From NCBI GenBank assembly GCA_965209085.1, contig OZ242376.1, forward strand, positions 1,600,001-1,664,000: DNA of 64,000 nt. The letters run 5' to 3'. The position numbers and the translations under genes are program-made. The notes below the pieces were generated by a model. It was not told the DNA's origin, did no database searches, and saw only the letters and a program-made list of their open reading frames with translations. Shown here in pieces: positions 30,810 through 41,159 of this stretch. How positions within the stretch are numbered: the stretch's first letter is position 1; each line of letters begins with the position of its first letter. The stretch comes from Nitrosopumilaceae archaeon (lineage in GTDB: Archaea; Thermoproteota; Nitrososphaeria; Nitrososphaerales; Nitrosopumilaceae).

Positions 30810-32221
30810 TTTGAAACCTCTCTGAGCCATTTTATGTCATTATTGTAAAATTCCCGCACGTCAGATACGCCATACTTTAGCATTGCAATGCGTTCAATTC
30901 CGCCGCCCCATGCAAGCACGGGACCTGGAATTGCAAGCGGTCGTATAACTTCGGGCCGGAATATTCCCATTCCAAACATTTCCACCCATTTTCCAAGATT
31001 TTCATTATACACCATTGTCTGTAAAGACGGCTCAGTGTATGGAAAGAATGTGGGCCAAAACCGAACTTTACCCAATCCTATGCGCCGGTAAAATTCCCCC
31101 TGTATTCCCATAAGATCCCGCAGCGTGGCATCCGGGCCTGAGAGCACGCCCTCTACCTGGTGGAATTCTGCTAGGTGCTTGTAGCTCTGTTTTTCGTTGC
31201 GAAAAACACTCCCTAATGAAAAGATGCGCGCTTTTTTTGGACGCGTTTTTGCAAGATGGTTTACCGTAACGCACGTAGTATGCGTACGCAGCACCATACG
31301 GGAAGATTCTGTCCTGTTCCATGTATATTTCCAGTTTTTTTCATGAGCTGCTGCCACCTTTGAGAATTGATCCTTTGATGCAAATCTGGAGGATTTTGCC
31401 CCCTCGATGTAAAACGTATCCTGCATTTCCCGCGCCGGATGATCCTGCGGCGTAAAGAGTGCATCAAAATTCCAAAATCCAGGCTGTGCCAAATTTCCGT
31501 CAATCTCCTCAAAGCCAAGAGCCACAAACGCCTCCCTTACCTCGCGTATTGTTTCAGTTAGTGGATGGCGCCGTGAAGCGTACATCACCGGAACGTCTGC
31601 ATCAACATCGATGGCTCCCGCATGTATGTTTTTTGAAAAATCAAGTGCTAGACCTTCATCGGTAAGTGATATTTGCTGTCTGTTGGTTTTTTTGATTTTA
31701 AAAAAATCCGGACGCTCCATCAAATGTATGCATCCTGGATCTGTCTTTGCTTGACTTTCGGCAATTTCCCTTCCAGGGTCGGCCATCCCCGCGCTCTTGA
31801 ACATTTCCAAAACTTTTTCTCCAGGCAAAAGTTTTGGCGCAGATTTTTCCAAACGTAAAATTCCGTCCCTGACGGATACAAATTTGCCATCCCGGGCCTC
31901 TTTTATTGCAGAACCAAACGCTCCGCCAAGCATGCCGGATGCTTCTGCCATACTCATCTCTTTTGATTTTAAAAGTTTCAGCAGCCTTCTCTCCGGAAGC
32001 CCATGTTCTGCAGCCTCGAGTCCGTTTTTTCCAAGCAAGAGTACAATCGAGGTCTGTGTGTTTACATTTGCAAGTTTTTTCAGCCGAAGCCATTCGGTTC
32101 CGCGTCTAATCTGATCCTCGCCAAGATCCGTCCGGGTCAAAAGTTTTGTCATATCAGATGTGCCATACTCTTTTAACGCTTTGATTATTTTTTCCTCTAT
32201 TGCGTGTAATACCTGCGCCAT
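30800..32221 (-). CDS. pheS: Phenylalanyl-tRNA synthetase alpha subunit
   Basis: WNFDALFTPQDHPAREMQDT, LRTHTT, FRNE, FFPYTEPS. Confidence 0.96.
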   Translation of the reverse strand: MAQVLHAIEEKIIKALKEYGTSDMTKLLTRTDLGEDQIRRGTEWLRLKKLANVNTQTSIVLLLGKNGLEAAEHGLPERRLLKLLKSKEMSMAEASGMLGGAFGSAIKEARDGKFVSVRDGILRLEKSAPKLLPGEKVLEMFKSAGMADPGREIAESQAKTDPGCIHLMERPDFFKIKKTNRQQISLTDEGLALDFSKNIHAGAIDVDADVPVMYASRRHPLTETIREVREAFVALGFEEIDGNLAQPGFWNFDALFTPQDHPAREMQDTFYIEGAKSSRFASKDQFSKVAAAHEKNWKYTWNRTESSRMVLRTHTTCVTVNHLAKTRPKKARIFSLGSVFRNEKQSYKHLAEFHQVEGVLSGPDATLRDLMGIQGEFYRRIGLGKVRFWPTFFPYTEPSLQTMVYNENLGKWVEMFGMGIFRPEVIRPLAIPGPVLAWGGGIERIAMLKYGVSDVREFYNNDIKWLREVSKCR

Positions 32222-32265
32222 TTGGAAAAAATATCTAAAAAGACTTTTTAAACCTTGAGACAGAT

Positions 32266-33387
32266 TTGAAAGAGATGTCAGCGGATGATTTTACGGTAAC
32301 CCCGTGGAACGTCAGCGGCAAAATTGATTACGAGAAACTCATAAAACGCTTTGGCACTGAAAAGATGACCGAAAAGATGCTCGAAAAGATGCGCGCGGTT
32401 GCAGGTGAAGATCATTTTATGCTGCGCAGAGGTATTTTTTTCTCGCATCGGGATTTGGGGGAAGTGCTTGATGCGTACAAAAAAGGCGAAAAATTTTTCA
32501 TGTATACCGGAAGAGGTCCGTCCGGCCATACACACATAGGCCATCTGCTTCCGTGGGTTTTTGCAAAATGGCTGCAGGACAGATTTGGCGCCAAAATGTA
32601 CTTTCAGATTACCGATGATGAAAAATTTTATACAAAACAAAACCTTACTTTGGAGGAGACCTCCAAATATGCAATTGAAAACGCACTTGACTTTATCGCT
32701 CTTGGATTTGATCCCAAAAAAACAAAGATCATAATAAATACAAAAGACATTGCAGATTTGTATCCCATTGCAGCGCAGGTTGCAAAAAAGATAAATTTTT
32801 CAAACACAAAGGCGGTCTTTGGATTTAACGGTAAGACAAACATCGGAACCATATTTTATACGGCTCTCCAGTCCGCGCCGTGTTTTATCGAAAATAAACG
32901 CGTACTCATCCCGTTGGGCGTTGATCAGGATCCGCACTTTAGACTCACGCGCGATGTTGCACCAAAACTTGGCAGGCCAAAGCCGGCGCTGATACACAAT
33001 GTAATGCTTCCAGCTCTTGAAGGTCCAGGGGGGAAAATGTCCGCATCCTCAGATACTGGAACGATATACACAACAGACGATCCCGTACAGGTAAAGAAAA
33101 AAATAACAAAATATGCATTTTCAGGCGGCCAGCCGGACATCAAAATGCACCGCCAGATGGGCGGCAATACGGACATTGACGTATCTTTCCAGTATCTGAA
33201 AATGTTCTTCGAGCCAGATGATGCAAAACTTGAAGATATACGCAAGAAGTACAGTTCTGGCAGCATGCTGACCGGCGAATTAAAGGCAATATTGGTTGAA
33301 AAAGTAAACGAATTTTTATCAGAACATCAGAAAAAACGTATGGAGGCAAAGAACCGTCTTGACGAGTTTCTTTATTCGAGGAAATGA
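32266..33387 (+). CDS. trpS: Tryptophanyl-tRNA synthetase
   Basis: YTGRGPS, HIGH, DQDPHFR, KMSAS. Confidence 0.96.
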   Translation: MKEMSADDFTVTPWNVSGKIDYEKLIKRFGTEKMTEKMLEKMRAVAGEDHFMLRRGIFFSHRDLGEVLDAYKKGEKFFMYTGRGPSGHTHIGHLLPWVFAKWLQDRFGAKMYFQITDDEKFYTKQNLTLEETSKYAIENALDFIALGFDPKKTKIIINTKDIADLYPIAAQVAKKINFSNTKAVFGFNGKTNIGTIFYTALQSAPCFIENKRVLIPLGVDQDPHFRLTRDVAPKLGRPKPALIHNVMLPALEGPGGKMSASSDTGTIYTTDDPVQVKKKITKYAFSGGQPDIKMHRQMGGNTDIDVSFQYLKMFFEPDDAKLEDIRKKYSSGSMLTGELKAILVEKVNEFLSEHQKKRMEAKNRLDEFLYSRK

Positions 33388-33671
33388 ACAAAACACGCGT
33401 ACAGTGTCAGGACAAATATGAGGCTCAAAAACTTGCCAGCATTATATATCGGCAGGAAAAAGGCGAGACGTTTTTGCATGCAGTAATCGGGGTATACGAG
33501 CAGGAGGTTGTCCTAGCATTAAAGGACAAGTCAGCGCACAGCGTCATCATGGCAGATTCGAATAACGCTGAAACGTTTGTTGATTTTGTCCAGTCAGTCA
33601 TAGACGGAAGCGCCCAGATGCTTGGAACCAGTACGACCGGCTCTCAGGTAGAGATGATAAAGTCAGATTAG
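33384..33671 (+). CDS. Hypothetical protein
   Basis: 95-aa ORF overlapping trpS stop. Confidence 0.65.
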   Translation: MNKTRVQCQDKYEAQKLASIIYRQEKGETFLHAVIGVYEQEVVLALKDKSAHSVIMADSNNAETFVDFVQSVIDGSAQMLGTSTTGSQVEMIKSD

Positions 33672-33989
33672 CGGTTTTGATACTTCCGAGTCTAGCTCTT
33701 CTTGTACGCGAAGAAAATACATTGCCGTCGTATACGGCATCGCATCTATGTTCGAATCCGCCGCCATGACAAAATAACGTACTGCACGCTTTGATATGTC
33801 CAGATTGAATTTTTGGGGCAAAATTGGATCCTGTTTTACAGCAATTTTATCCTGCAGCCACGGAGGTGCCATCTCTATTGCATCAGCTATGATTTTCTCA
33901 TACCAAGAGGCCAAAAGTTCAGGCTGTAGTCCATCCTGCATATTTTTTACATCCGATCCCAGTTTCTTTGCCAAATTCTGTATTATCAT
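33663..33989 (-). CDS. Hypothetical protein
   Basis: 108-aa ORF convergent with previous gene. Confidence 0.65.
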   Translation of the reverse strand: MIIQNLAKKLGSDVKNMQDGLQPELLASWYEKIIADAIEMAPPWLQDKIAVKQDPILPQKFNLDISKRAVRYFVMAADSNIDAMPYTTAMYFLRVQEELDSEVSKPLI

Positions 33990-34054
33990 GCCATAATGTG
34001 GCAGTTTTTGGTATTACAGTATATGATCAAAATTCTAAAGCTGCATGTCAAATT

Positions 34055-34519
34055 TTAGAGTCTGTGACCTTCAGAATCCACTTCTCCGTTTCTCATGCGC
34101 GTGCTAGATATCGGCTTCCCGTCATACGCATTTACCATCGGCACTCTCACAATATCCACCGCCGGCAATTTTCTTTTTGCTCTTTTGGCGTTTAATTCCT
34201 TGCCCCTGTACGAGGTCTCCTCGCTTGCAATCAGCGCGTCCACATCTCCTTGCAGTACCGCCGGACCAAAGTCATCCTCCAAAGGACTTGTGGAATATTT
34301 TGCGCTAGGAAAGTTTTTTTCCAGTGCTTTGCGGAGATTCGCCAGTCTCTTATCGTACGTGTTACGCAATTTTTTTCCTTTTTTACTGGCCATATTGTCC
34401 GTACATATGCCTATGATCACACTTTCTGAAATTTCAAAGGATGCGGCAAATATGGCCATATGTCCCTTGTGAAGTATGTCAAATGTGCCGCCCGTAGCTG
34501 AAATTTTGAATCGTTTCAT
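34055..34519 (-). CDS. coaD: Archaeal phosphopantetheine adenylyltransferase
   Basis: GGTFDILHKGH, SEET, ISSTRMR. Confidence 0.9.
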   Translation of the reverse strand: MKRFKISATGGTFDILHKGHMAIFAASFEISESVIIGICTDNMASKKGKKLRNTYDKRLANLRKALEKNFPSAKYSTSPLEDDFGPAVLQGDVDALIASEETSYRGKELNAKRAKRKLPAVDIVRVPMVNAYDGKPISSTRMRNGEVDSEGHRL

Positions 34520-34550
34520 GAAATTTTTTACGACATCTCCAAAAATAAAC

Positions 34551-34988
34551 CTAGTTTATCAGTACAAGTAAAACTGGTCCAGGACTCGTCAGTGCCTCCA
34601 TTCCGTCCCACACATATGTCTCAACATAATAAAGTCCCGCCTTCTCCGGAGTCCACATTATCCATGCGATTGTCGTTCCGTCAGTATCAAGCACTCCCTC
34701 GTACACTCCGACATATTCTACATGTGGATCTTTTTCTGCAACTTTGATTTGAGCATAATACGTATACTCTTGCATGTTATTATCATATCCGACCACTTTG
34801 TTTATTGTAATAGGAGACTGGATCAATACGAGTTCTCCTAACTGTCCGCTTCCTATGAGAGAACCTTCATTGTCGCGAATTTGCACGCCATCAATTGTAG
34901 CCCTAAATACATCTCCGGTTTCAGGGAAAGCTGCATGTGGAATCATCAGTATGGCGAAGATTAGCAATGCCGTTACCGCATAGCGCAT
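34551..34988 (-). CDS. Secreted hypothetical protein (beta-rich, Ig-like)
   Basis: Signal peptide; WTPEKAGLYYVETYVW. Confidence 0.65.
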   Translation of the reverse strand: MRYAVTALLIFAILMIPHAAFPETGDVFRATIDGVQIRDNEGSLIGSGQLGELVLIQSPITINKVVGYDNNMQEYTYYAQIKVAEKDPHVEYVGVYEGVLDTDGTTIAWIMWTPEKAGLYYVETYVWDGMEALTSPGPVLLVLIN

Positions 34989-35106
34989 GGATAATCTACA
35001 TGAAGGATCGTTAAATCAGCATCATACGATCTAATCAAACAAGGTGGTTAGCGGTATTTACCCTAGAGCATACGCTAGGAGTAATAAAAAAGAGTGTAAA
35101 TGTCGT

Positions 35107-35214
35107 TTAACGACGTTTTTTCATACCAGTGATTACTATCCAGTAAACTAGACCTGGAGCTAAACCAACTATAAGAGGTATCCATACTGGCCAACCATCT
35201 TCTACATTTGCCAT
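35107..35214 (-). CDS. 35-aa single-TM membrane peptide
   Basis: MANVEDGWPVWIPLIVGLAPGLVYWIVITGMKKRR; TTTAAATA promoter-like sequence upstream, T-tract downstream. Confidence 0.7.
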   Translation of the reverse strand: MANVEDGWPVWIPLIVGLAPGLVYWIVITGMKKRR

Positions 35215-35314
35215 GTACGATAACAAAAAGGCATTATATTTAAACCCATCTCATAACGTGCTCGGATATGATTTTGAAAATGTGGTAAAATAGAATTGTG
35301 TCATGATGAAAAGG

Positions 35315-35388
35315 TGGACCGAAGGGGATTTGAACCCCTGACCCCCCGCGTGCAAGGCGGGTATACTACCAGGCTATACTATCGGCCC
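35315..35388 (-). tRNA. tRNA-Ala(TGC)
   Basis: Cloverleaf, anticodon arm CCCGC-CTTGCAC-GCGGG, G3:U70. Confidence 0.95.
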
Positions 35389-35510
35389 CTGTCAAGATAC
35401 CGCATCAAGTGATTTTAATTGTTATTGTTTGCATGCATATGGCGTATTTATGCCAAATGTTGCCCCGTATGCGGGTCAAAGATTTTATTTGCATAAAATT
35501 TGGTGTGTTT

Positions 35511-36065
35511 ATGGTTCTTTTAGAGTCAAATCAGGGTTTAAAAACCGGTCAAAAAGCGCCTGATTTTGATCTTCCCGGAATTGACGGTTCAAATCATTCC
35601 CTGTCAAGCTATGACAGCTATGAAGGTGTTCTAGTAATATTCATGTGCAATCACTGTCCGTACGTAAAGGCAAAAGTTGAGGCTATAAAAGAAATCCACC
35701 AGACATATGGCAAACGCGTGGCAATAATAGGAATAAACAGCAATGATGCCGTAAAGTATCCAGATGACAGCTTTGATAGTATGAAATCAGTGGCAGCTGA
35801 AAAAGGTATAAAATTCGACTATCTGTACGATGAATTCCAACAGGTGGCAAAGTCGTACGGTGCAATGTGCACTCCGGATCCGTTTTTGTTTGATTCAAAA
35901 GGCAAACTGGCCTTTCATGGAAGAATTGACAACGCCATGAAACCAGAGGATACTGCCACAGAAAAGACCATGATGGACAATATTGGCTTGCTGCTTGACG
36001 GCGGGAAAATCGAAAAAGACTTTGATCCGTCCATTGGATGCTCCATAAAATGGAAACAATCCTAA
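35511..36065 (+). CDS. AhpC/TSA thioredoxin-fold protein
   Basis: APDFDLP, CNHCPYV, CTPDPF, GCSIKW. Confidence 0.9.
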   Translation: MVLLESNQGLKTGQKAPDFDLPGIDGSNHSLSSYDSYEGVLVIFMCNHCPYVKAKVEAIKEIHQTYGKRVAIIGINSNDAVKYPDDSFDSMKSVAAEKGIKFDYLYDEFQQVAKSYGAMCTPDPFLFDSKGKLAFHGRIDNAMKPEDTATEKTMMDNIGLLLDGGKIEKDFDPSIGCSIKWKQS

Positions 36066-36129
36066 CCGATAAACGCACTTTACAAACAAACGATAAACCT
36101 AAAATGTCCTTCTGATTCTGCATATGCAT

Positions 36130-36217
36130 GGGCCGGTAGCTCAGCTTGGCTGGAGCGTTCGACTGATATGGTTTCTCAGAAATCGAAAGGTCGTGAGTTC
36201 GAATCTCACTCGGCCCA
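36130..36217 (+). tRNA. tRNA-Ile(GAT) with 13-nt intron at 37/38
   Basis: TTCGA-CTGATA-[TGGTTTCTCAGAA]-A-TCGAA; BHB helix CTGA/TCAG. Confidence 0.92.
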
Positions 36218-36224
36218 TTTGTTT

Positions 36225-37115
36225 TTAGCCCAAGACGGTTTCGTATGAAGTCTGAAACCACTGGATTGCATGCGTGAAATCTTTTGTGGCAAGATCCGCC
36301 CTAGAGGAGGCATCTTTGGAGTCTGAACCAAACAACAGCAGTCTGATTTTTCTAGTATGCAATTTTTTCACAACCGCTACTGCGGCCTCCGAGAAGAGTC
36401 CAAGTCCCTCGCCGGTTCCGGAGAAAATAGCAATTATCATCACGCCTTGTTTTTTTGACCATACACGGCGCAACAATTTGTGCAGATCCAAATCAAGCAT
36501 TGTATCGGCCGAATTTGACATGTCTCCAACGCATGAAACCGTCCATCCGCCGTTTTGCAGTATCGATGATGCAGCACTGCACATGATTGAGCCGGTAGCA
36601 TCAGATGCTAACAGTACGGCGTTTTTATCATCATCTAGAGTCGCATTCCCATCATATGCAAACCGTGTAGAATCCTGCAGGGTGTTTTGCAACAAATGTA
36701 GTTCCACGCTTCCGATGTTACCCTCCGCGTACGCATGCAGTACAGAGTCAAAAGCGGGCAGTACCACCTCTGTGATTATTTTTTCGGATGATGCCCCCAT
36801 GTGCAGGCAATTGCGTATTACATGGTGTGCCGCTTTGGAAGAATTTACAAGCAACAGATCCAGATATTTTTTTGCAGCAACGTCGTAATCTTCTGGAAAT
36901 GAAAATGAATCGGTCCCTTCGTGAACAAACCACACTATGGCATTTCCCACGTGTTTTTGTCCGATAATTCCCTCAGCAGAGAGTATTCCAAGATATTTTG
37001 AGAGCGTAACGCGATTCATTCCAATAGCTTTTGATATTTCAAGTCCAGAGAGTCCCATCTTGGATTTTCCAAGCTTGTCCACTATTTTGTGCCGGATTTC
37101 ATCTACATCAGCCAT
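36225..37115 (-). CDS. HTH regulator with cobalamin-binding-like domain
   Basis: N-terminal wHTH (GMNRVTLSKYL), B12-cap-like helices and Rossmann-like C-terminus. Confidence 0.75.
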   Translation of the reverse strand: MADVDEIRHKIVDKLGKSKMGLSGLEISKAIGMNRVTLSKYLGILSAEGIIGQKHVGNAIVWFVHEGTDSFSFPEDYDVAAKKYLDLLLVNSSKAAHHVIRNCLHMGASSEKIITEVVLPAFDSVLHAYAEGNIGSVELHLLQNTLQDSTRFAYDGNATLDDDKNAVLLASDATGSIMCSAASSILQNGGWTVSCVGDMSNSADTMLDLDLHKLLRRVWSKKQGVMIIAIFSGTGEGLGLFSEAAVAVVKKLHTRKIRLLLFGSDSKDASSRADLATKDFTHAIQWFQTSYETVLG

Positions 37116-37284
37116 GAATTATGCACCGCACGGTGTCGTATAAAGTATAATTTCAATTCGCACAGGTTTGCATAAAAAATATTGGGTTACATTATGCGTT
37201 ATTGACTAATTTGTTAGTCATGAGGTAACCTCGTACTAGAAAAACATGCCAAGTTTTATATAGTAATATACCATAAAGTACGGT

Positions 37285-37671
37285 ATGCCAAAAGCAGGAT
37301 TCAAATCAATAACAGTCTCAGAAGCAGTCTATGAAAAATTCTACGACACTTATGAGGAAAGCAAAACGGATCTTGCCGTAAAGGGCGTTCGCAGTTTTTC
37401 CGGCTATGTCACATACATGCTAGAGGAGATGATGCAAAAGGACAAAATTTTTGCAAGATATGCCCCGAAACTTGAGAAATTATCAATTGACGATGACAGG
37501 GTCGTCATTAAAGACAACATCAAAAATAGAATAGCAGAAGTTGCCATACAAAAAGGCGAATTGTACTGTCAATTGTGCGAATCCAAAAACTGCGTACACG
37601 TAGGGTACGTATTTTCCCTGCCAGACGTCTATTTGATTTTAAATTCCCATGGAGTAAAACGCCCGCGTTAA
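37285..37671 (+). CDS. Hypothetical protein (RHH-like N-terminus, CxxC..CxH C-terminus)
   Basis: KSITVSEAVY; CQLCESKNCVH. Confidence 0.7.
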   Translation: MPKAGFKSITVSEAVYEKFYDTYEESKTDLAVKGVRSFSGYVTYMLEEMMQKDKIFARYAPKLEKLSIDDDRVVIKDNIKNRIAEVAIQKGELYCQLCESKNCVHVGYVFSLPDVYLILNSHGVKRPR

Positions 37672-37790
37672 TGGAGGAGGTGGGATTCGAACCCACGAAC
37701 CCCTAAGAGACGGGATCGCCCATTTTAGATCTTAAGTCCCGCGTGTCCAAGGATTATACATCCTCTTTGGCCAGGCTTGACTACTCCTCC
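37672..37790 (-). tRNA. tRNA-Leu(TAA) with two introns (D-arm and 37/38)
   Basis: GGAGGAG/CTCCTCC acceptor, CGGGA-CTTAAG, long variable arm; about 20-nt and 14-nt inserts. Confidence 0.88.
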
Positions 37791-37913
37791 ATGGTTATAC
37801 TGCCATATGTGTAAGATTTAACGGTTATTGAAAGATGTATTATAATGGAATTTTACATCATGCTGGTTTGGATCATAAAAGAGTTATAAGGATTTTAGAA
37901 ATATTTAGTATAT

Positions 37914-37987
37914 GCTTCGATAGCTCAGTCTGGTAGAGCGTTACCTTGGTAAGGTAAAGGTCGCGGGTTCGGATCCCGCTCGAAGCT
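37914..37987 (+). tRNA. tRNA-Thr(GGT)
   Basis: Cloverleaf, TTACC-TTGGTAA-GGTAA. Confidence 0.95.
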
Positions 37988-38845
37988 CTAATAATTTTTC
38001 AGTAGCAGTTCCTTATGCCCGGTACGCCTGCTTGCATTGGAGTTTATTGCCCTGTTTACTGCCACATGATGCATCTTCCATCCGGATCCAAAGATTTTTG
38101 CAACTTCGGGCAGATCAGAATTCGTGGTCATGACATTGCATCCTTTTTTTGTCAGATTATTGCACAATGATGCAAGACGTTCAAGTTCTGCATCTCCAAA
38201 ACTTTTAGCTGAATAGCTGGTAAAGCTGGCAGTTTCACTTACCGGTTTGTATGGGGGATCAAAATAGATAAAATCTCCTTTTGTAGCATCTAACACGGTA
38301 TTTTCAAAATCGGCATACATTATTTTGATATTAGAAGAACGCAGCAACGAGCTTGCCGCACGTATGTTTTCCTCGTTTACGATGTTTGGTTTTATATAAC
38401 TTCCAATTGGTACGTTGAATTTTCCTCGTTTGTTTACTCGGTACAGGCCGTTAAAACATGTACGGTTCAAAAAGATCAGTCTAGATGATTTTGCCACTTC
38501 GCTTCTAGGTGCCGAAGCCCTTACCATTCCATAATATGTATGGCGGTCTTGGTCATACTCTCGTGCATGCCGTTTTAATGACGTAATGAGCTCTTCGGGT
38601 CTGTCCCGTACTGTGGCATATGTAAGAACAAGGTCCGCATTGATGTCAGATACGATGCAACGTTGGGACGGATTTTGCTCAAGTATGTGGAATAAAAATG
38701 CCCCCCCACCTAGAAACGGTTCATAGTATGTTCCATATTTTTCAGGCATGTTTTCAGATAATGCTCCAATAAGCTGGCGTTTTCCCCCTGCCCATTTTAC
38801 AAACGGTTTTGCACCTTGAATGAGCCTGGCATACTGTAGCGTCAT
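37988..38845 (-). CDS. dam: Dam-family DNA adenine methyltransferase (orphan)
   Basis: KWAGGK, EPFLGGG, FNGLYRVN, DPPY. Confidence 0.92.
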   Translation of the reverse strand: MTLQYARLIQGAKPFVKWAGGKRQLIGALSENMPEKYGTYYEPFLGGGAFLFHILEQNPSQRCIVSDINADLVLTYATVRDRPEELITSLKRHAREYDQDRHTYYGMVRASAPRSEVAKSSRLIFLNRTCFNGLYRVNKRGKFNVPIGSYIKPNIVNEENIRAASSLLRSSNIKIMYADFENTVLDATKGDFIYFDPPYKPVSETASFTSYSAKSFGDAELERLASLCNNLTKKGCNVMTTNSDLPEVAKIFGSGWKMHHVAVNRAINSNASRRTGHKELLLKNY

Positions 38846-38982
38846 ATGGTTACCTGTTAATCTTGTTTGAAGTTAGTAAAAGACAATAAACGATCACAAT
38901 TTGTGTAATTTTTTTAGTTAAAATGCATGAACAGGCACCATTAAGGAATGAAAAATAAAAAGAGGATTAGTGTATTTCCGAT

Positions 38983-39633
38983 TTAGTCCCACTTTGACCA
39001 AGCGGCCATCCACCTGTATGTCCAGGTGTTCAGCTTCACACCCAATGCCGCCATCGTTACCGATAGCACTGCTCCGGCACCAGCACCTAACGCGACAGGA
39101 CTATTGTAGAACTTTCCTACCTGCGGTTCGATTGGTGTCATGTATGGAGGCAACGTTGGTCTTGGGTACTTGAACGCAGTCTCAAGTGGGTCTGCCACGG
39201 TAATTAGATTGACCATGTTGAACAGTGGTAAAGACATTCCAACCAGTACGCCACCGAATAGTATCAGTGAGTGCTTGTTGCGTTTTGTTGCCCAGTATGC
39301 CAAATCCAACAGCATTGCTGATGGGAGCCAAACTGGAGTAACAATGAAGTCATATGGATAACCAAGTGCAAACCATGCGCCCTTGGCAATCCACGTATAC
39401 ACTGTCATAATCAATGCGTAATACGTAGCTGTTCCTGGAACGCCAGTAAAGGTGAGATAATATGTCGCACCTACAACTAACATCAAAGTTTGCGATATTG
39501 AAAATATCGTAAACGATGTCCAAGCCCAGTCAGTATAGAAGATATAATCTCCCGCATTGATTGTCAATAGAGTCGAATTTACCGCAACTACAATTATGAA
39601 GAGGTAGTGGGTACATCGTCTAAGCCAGACCAT
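38983..39633 (-). CDS. amoA: Ammonia monooxygenase subunit A
   Basis: 216 aa, MVWLRRCTHYLF...WMAAWSKWD. Confidence 0.99.
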   Translation of the reverse strand: MVWLRRCTHYLFIIVVAVNSTLLTINAGDYIFYTDWAWTSFTIFSISQTLMLVVGATYYLTFTGVPGTATYYALIMTVYTWIAKGAWFALGYPYDFIVTPVWLPSAMLLDLAYWATKRNKHSLILFGGVLVGMSLPLFNMVNLITVADPLETAFKYPRPTLPPYMTPIEPQVGKFYNSPVALGAGAGAVLSVTMAALGVKLNTWTYRWMAAWSKWD

Positions 39634-40069
39634 TGTTAGATTAACAATAAGGTTAGTATATAAAATTATAGCAAGATATGGACGCATGTAGCCAGTCACA
39701 GGCGTAAAAAAGACAATATTGCCAAAAATCGCCGATTTTACTGATGCTTATTTGGTAAATATCGATATTTCAGGCATTATCCACACCTTTGGCATCCATG
39801 GTCATAATCCATGAGATCTGCCTGATCGACCATATTGCCAAAAGTGATCTGTTTGAATCAAGAATTTAAAGAACGATTGCCTAGTTGGGTATACAGTCAG
39901 AATCTAATTCATGGGGCAATTATGTAGATATCAAGAGACAAACGCGGCCGCAACTCTTGTTTACTTGCATCCAAAAGTATGATTTGTTCAATATATGGCT
40001 GAACGTGAAAAATATCGTATCATGTACAATAGATCAGAATCTAATTTGAATTGCAGTATGCATTACATT

Positions 40070-40146
40070 AGACCATATGTATGATTGGCCAAATTCACAA
40101 TTTTTACAAATAAAATGACTGATTTGAACGATTATGCATACGGTGT
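40070..40146 (+). mobile_element. Family-1 MITE copy
   Basis: AGACCATATGTATGATTGGCCAAATTCACAATTTTTAC...ATTATGCATACGGTGT. Confidence 0.85.
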
Positions 40147-40381
40147 TATACCCATTTGACCATTTCGTATATCTGAAAATGGAACATATGTTTTGCATGA
40201 AATTATGATCAGATGATCAGAATATGAAATCAGACGTATGATGTAGCAAAAAATATCCAAATGTATAGTCGGTTATGTTGGACGCGATATGAGCGTACGT
40301 AAATACGGTTTTTTAGAATTTAATTCCCGCCACCATAATACGGCATGGTAATTCACTGCATGTGTAATTCTAATGTACAAT

Positions 40382-40457
40382 AGATATTTGCGTAATCATT
40401 CAAATTAGTTATTTTATTTGTAAAAATTGTGTATCTGATCCATTATGCATACGATCC
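40382..40457 (-). mobile_element. Degenerate family-1 MITE copy, inverted
   Basis: Reverse complement of the MITE body; AAT on both flanks. Confidence 0.75.
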
Positions 40458-40624
40458 AATAGAAATTAATGAACCTGTACGTATAACCACGACATTGTAA
40501 TTGATTTGAAGATCATACAGTTTCATAAATATCAATAAACAAACATTACAGTTGGCAGGTTGATAGAAAAATAAAATCTACAAACAACACTAGGAAGTAT
40601 TCAAAAATGAAAAAAAATTGCTAT

Positions 40625-40987
40625 CTAGTGTCCTACGAACAATGAAATTAATACTGTACCTACTGCTACTGCGCCAAGTGTAACAGCAATGAGTTTGTTG
40701 CTGTTTTTAGATGAACCCTCTTCGCATACTTTGACGGAAAATAGGTAGGCAATTGACTCGACAATAGTCAAGACAATAAATGCATAGTGTCCGCTAGGTG
40801 TGGGGTAAGCCCAAGGATAATAGAAATATCCTGCTGCAGTACCTCCGAACGTGGCTAGCCATGCTGCAATGAAAGAAAGCGTGATAATGCCAGTCATGTT
40901 TTCTACACGACGACCAATCATTTTTTCTACATCAGCTGCACCGACACCGCCGCCGCCACCTGAACCAAATCCTTTTGGTAGAGTCAT
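40625..40987 (-). CDS. amoX: Ammonia monooxygenase-associated subunit X
   Basis: MTLPKGFGSGGG..IGRRVENMTG..YYPWAYPTPSGHYAF; next to amoA. Confidence 0.92.
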   Translation of the reverse strand: MTLPKGFGSGGGGGVGAADVEKMIGRRVENMTGIITLSFIAAWLATFGGTAAGYFYYPWAYPTPSGHYAFIVLTIVESIAYLFSVKVCEEGSSKNSNKLIAVTLGAVAVGTVLISLFVGH

Positions 40988-41078
40988 TTGAACTAATGAG
41001 ATATTGAATCCTTTTAAGTCTTTTTAATTAAATAGTATGCGCTGTGTCTGAAAATCACCAATATTCCATAAAGATGGA

Positions 41079-41159
41079 GTATGAGGTCACATCATGCCTA
41101 GAATTTATGCAATAAATGAAGATGTATGCACAAAATAGCACGAGGTGCTGACCTCATAC
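41079..41159 (+). mobile_element. 81-bp family-2 MITE with IS66-B ends
   Basis: TIR GTATGAGGTCA/TGACCTCATAC; flanks AAGATGGA/AAGATGGG. Confidence 0.85.

Noticed and set aside
37988-38845. Dam methylase beside tRNAs as an integrated element or R-M system
   Set aside because: No integrase, att duplication or restriction nuclease nearby; composition matches the core genome.
39700-40060. Possible pseudogene between amoA and amoX
   Set aside because: No sustained frame or identifiable family by eye.
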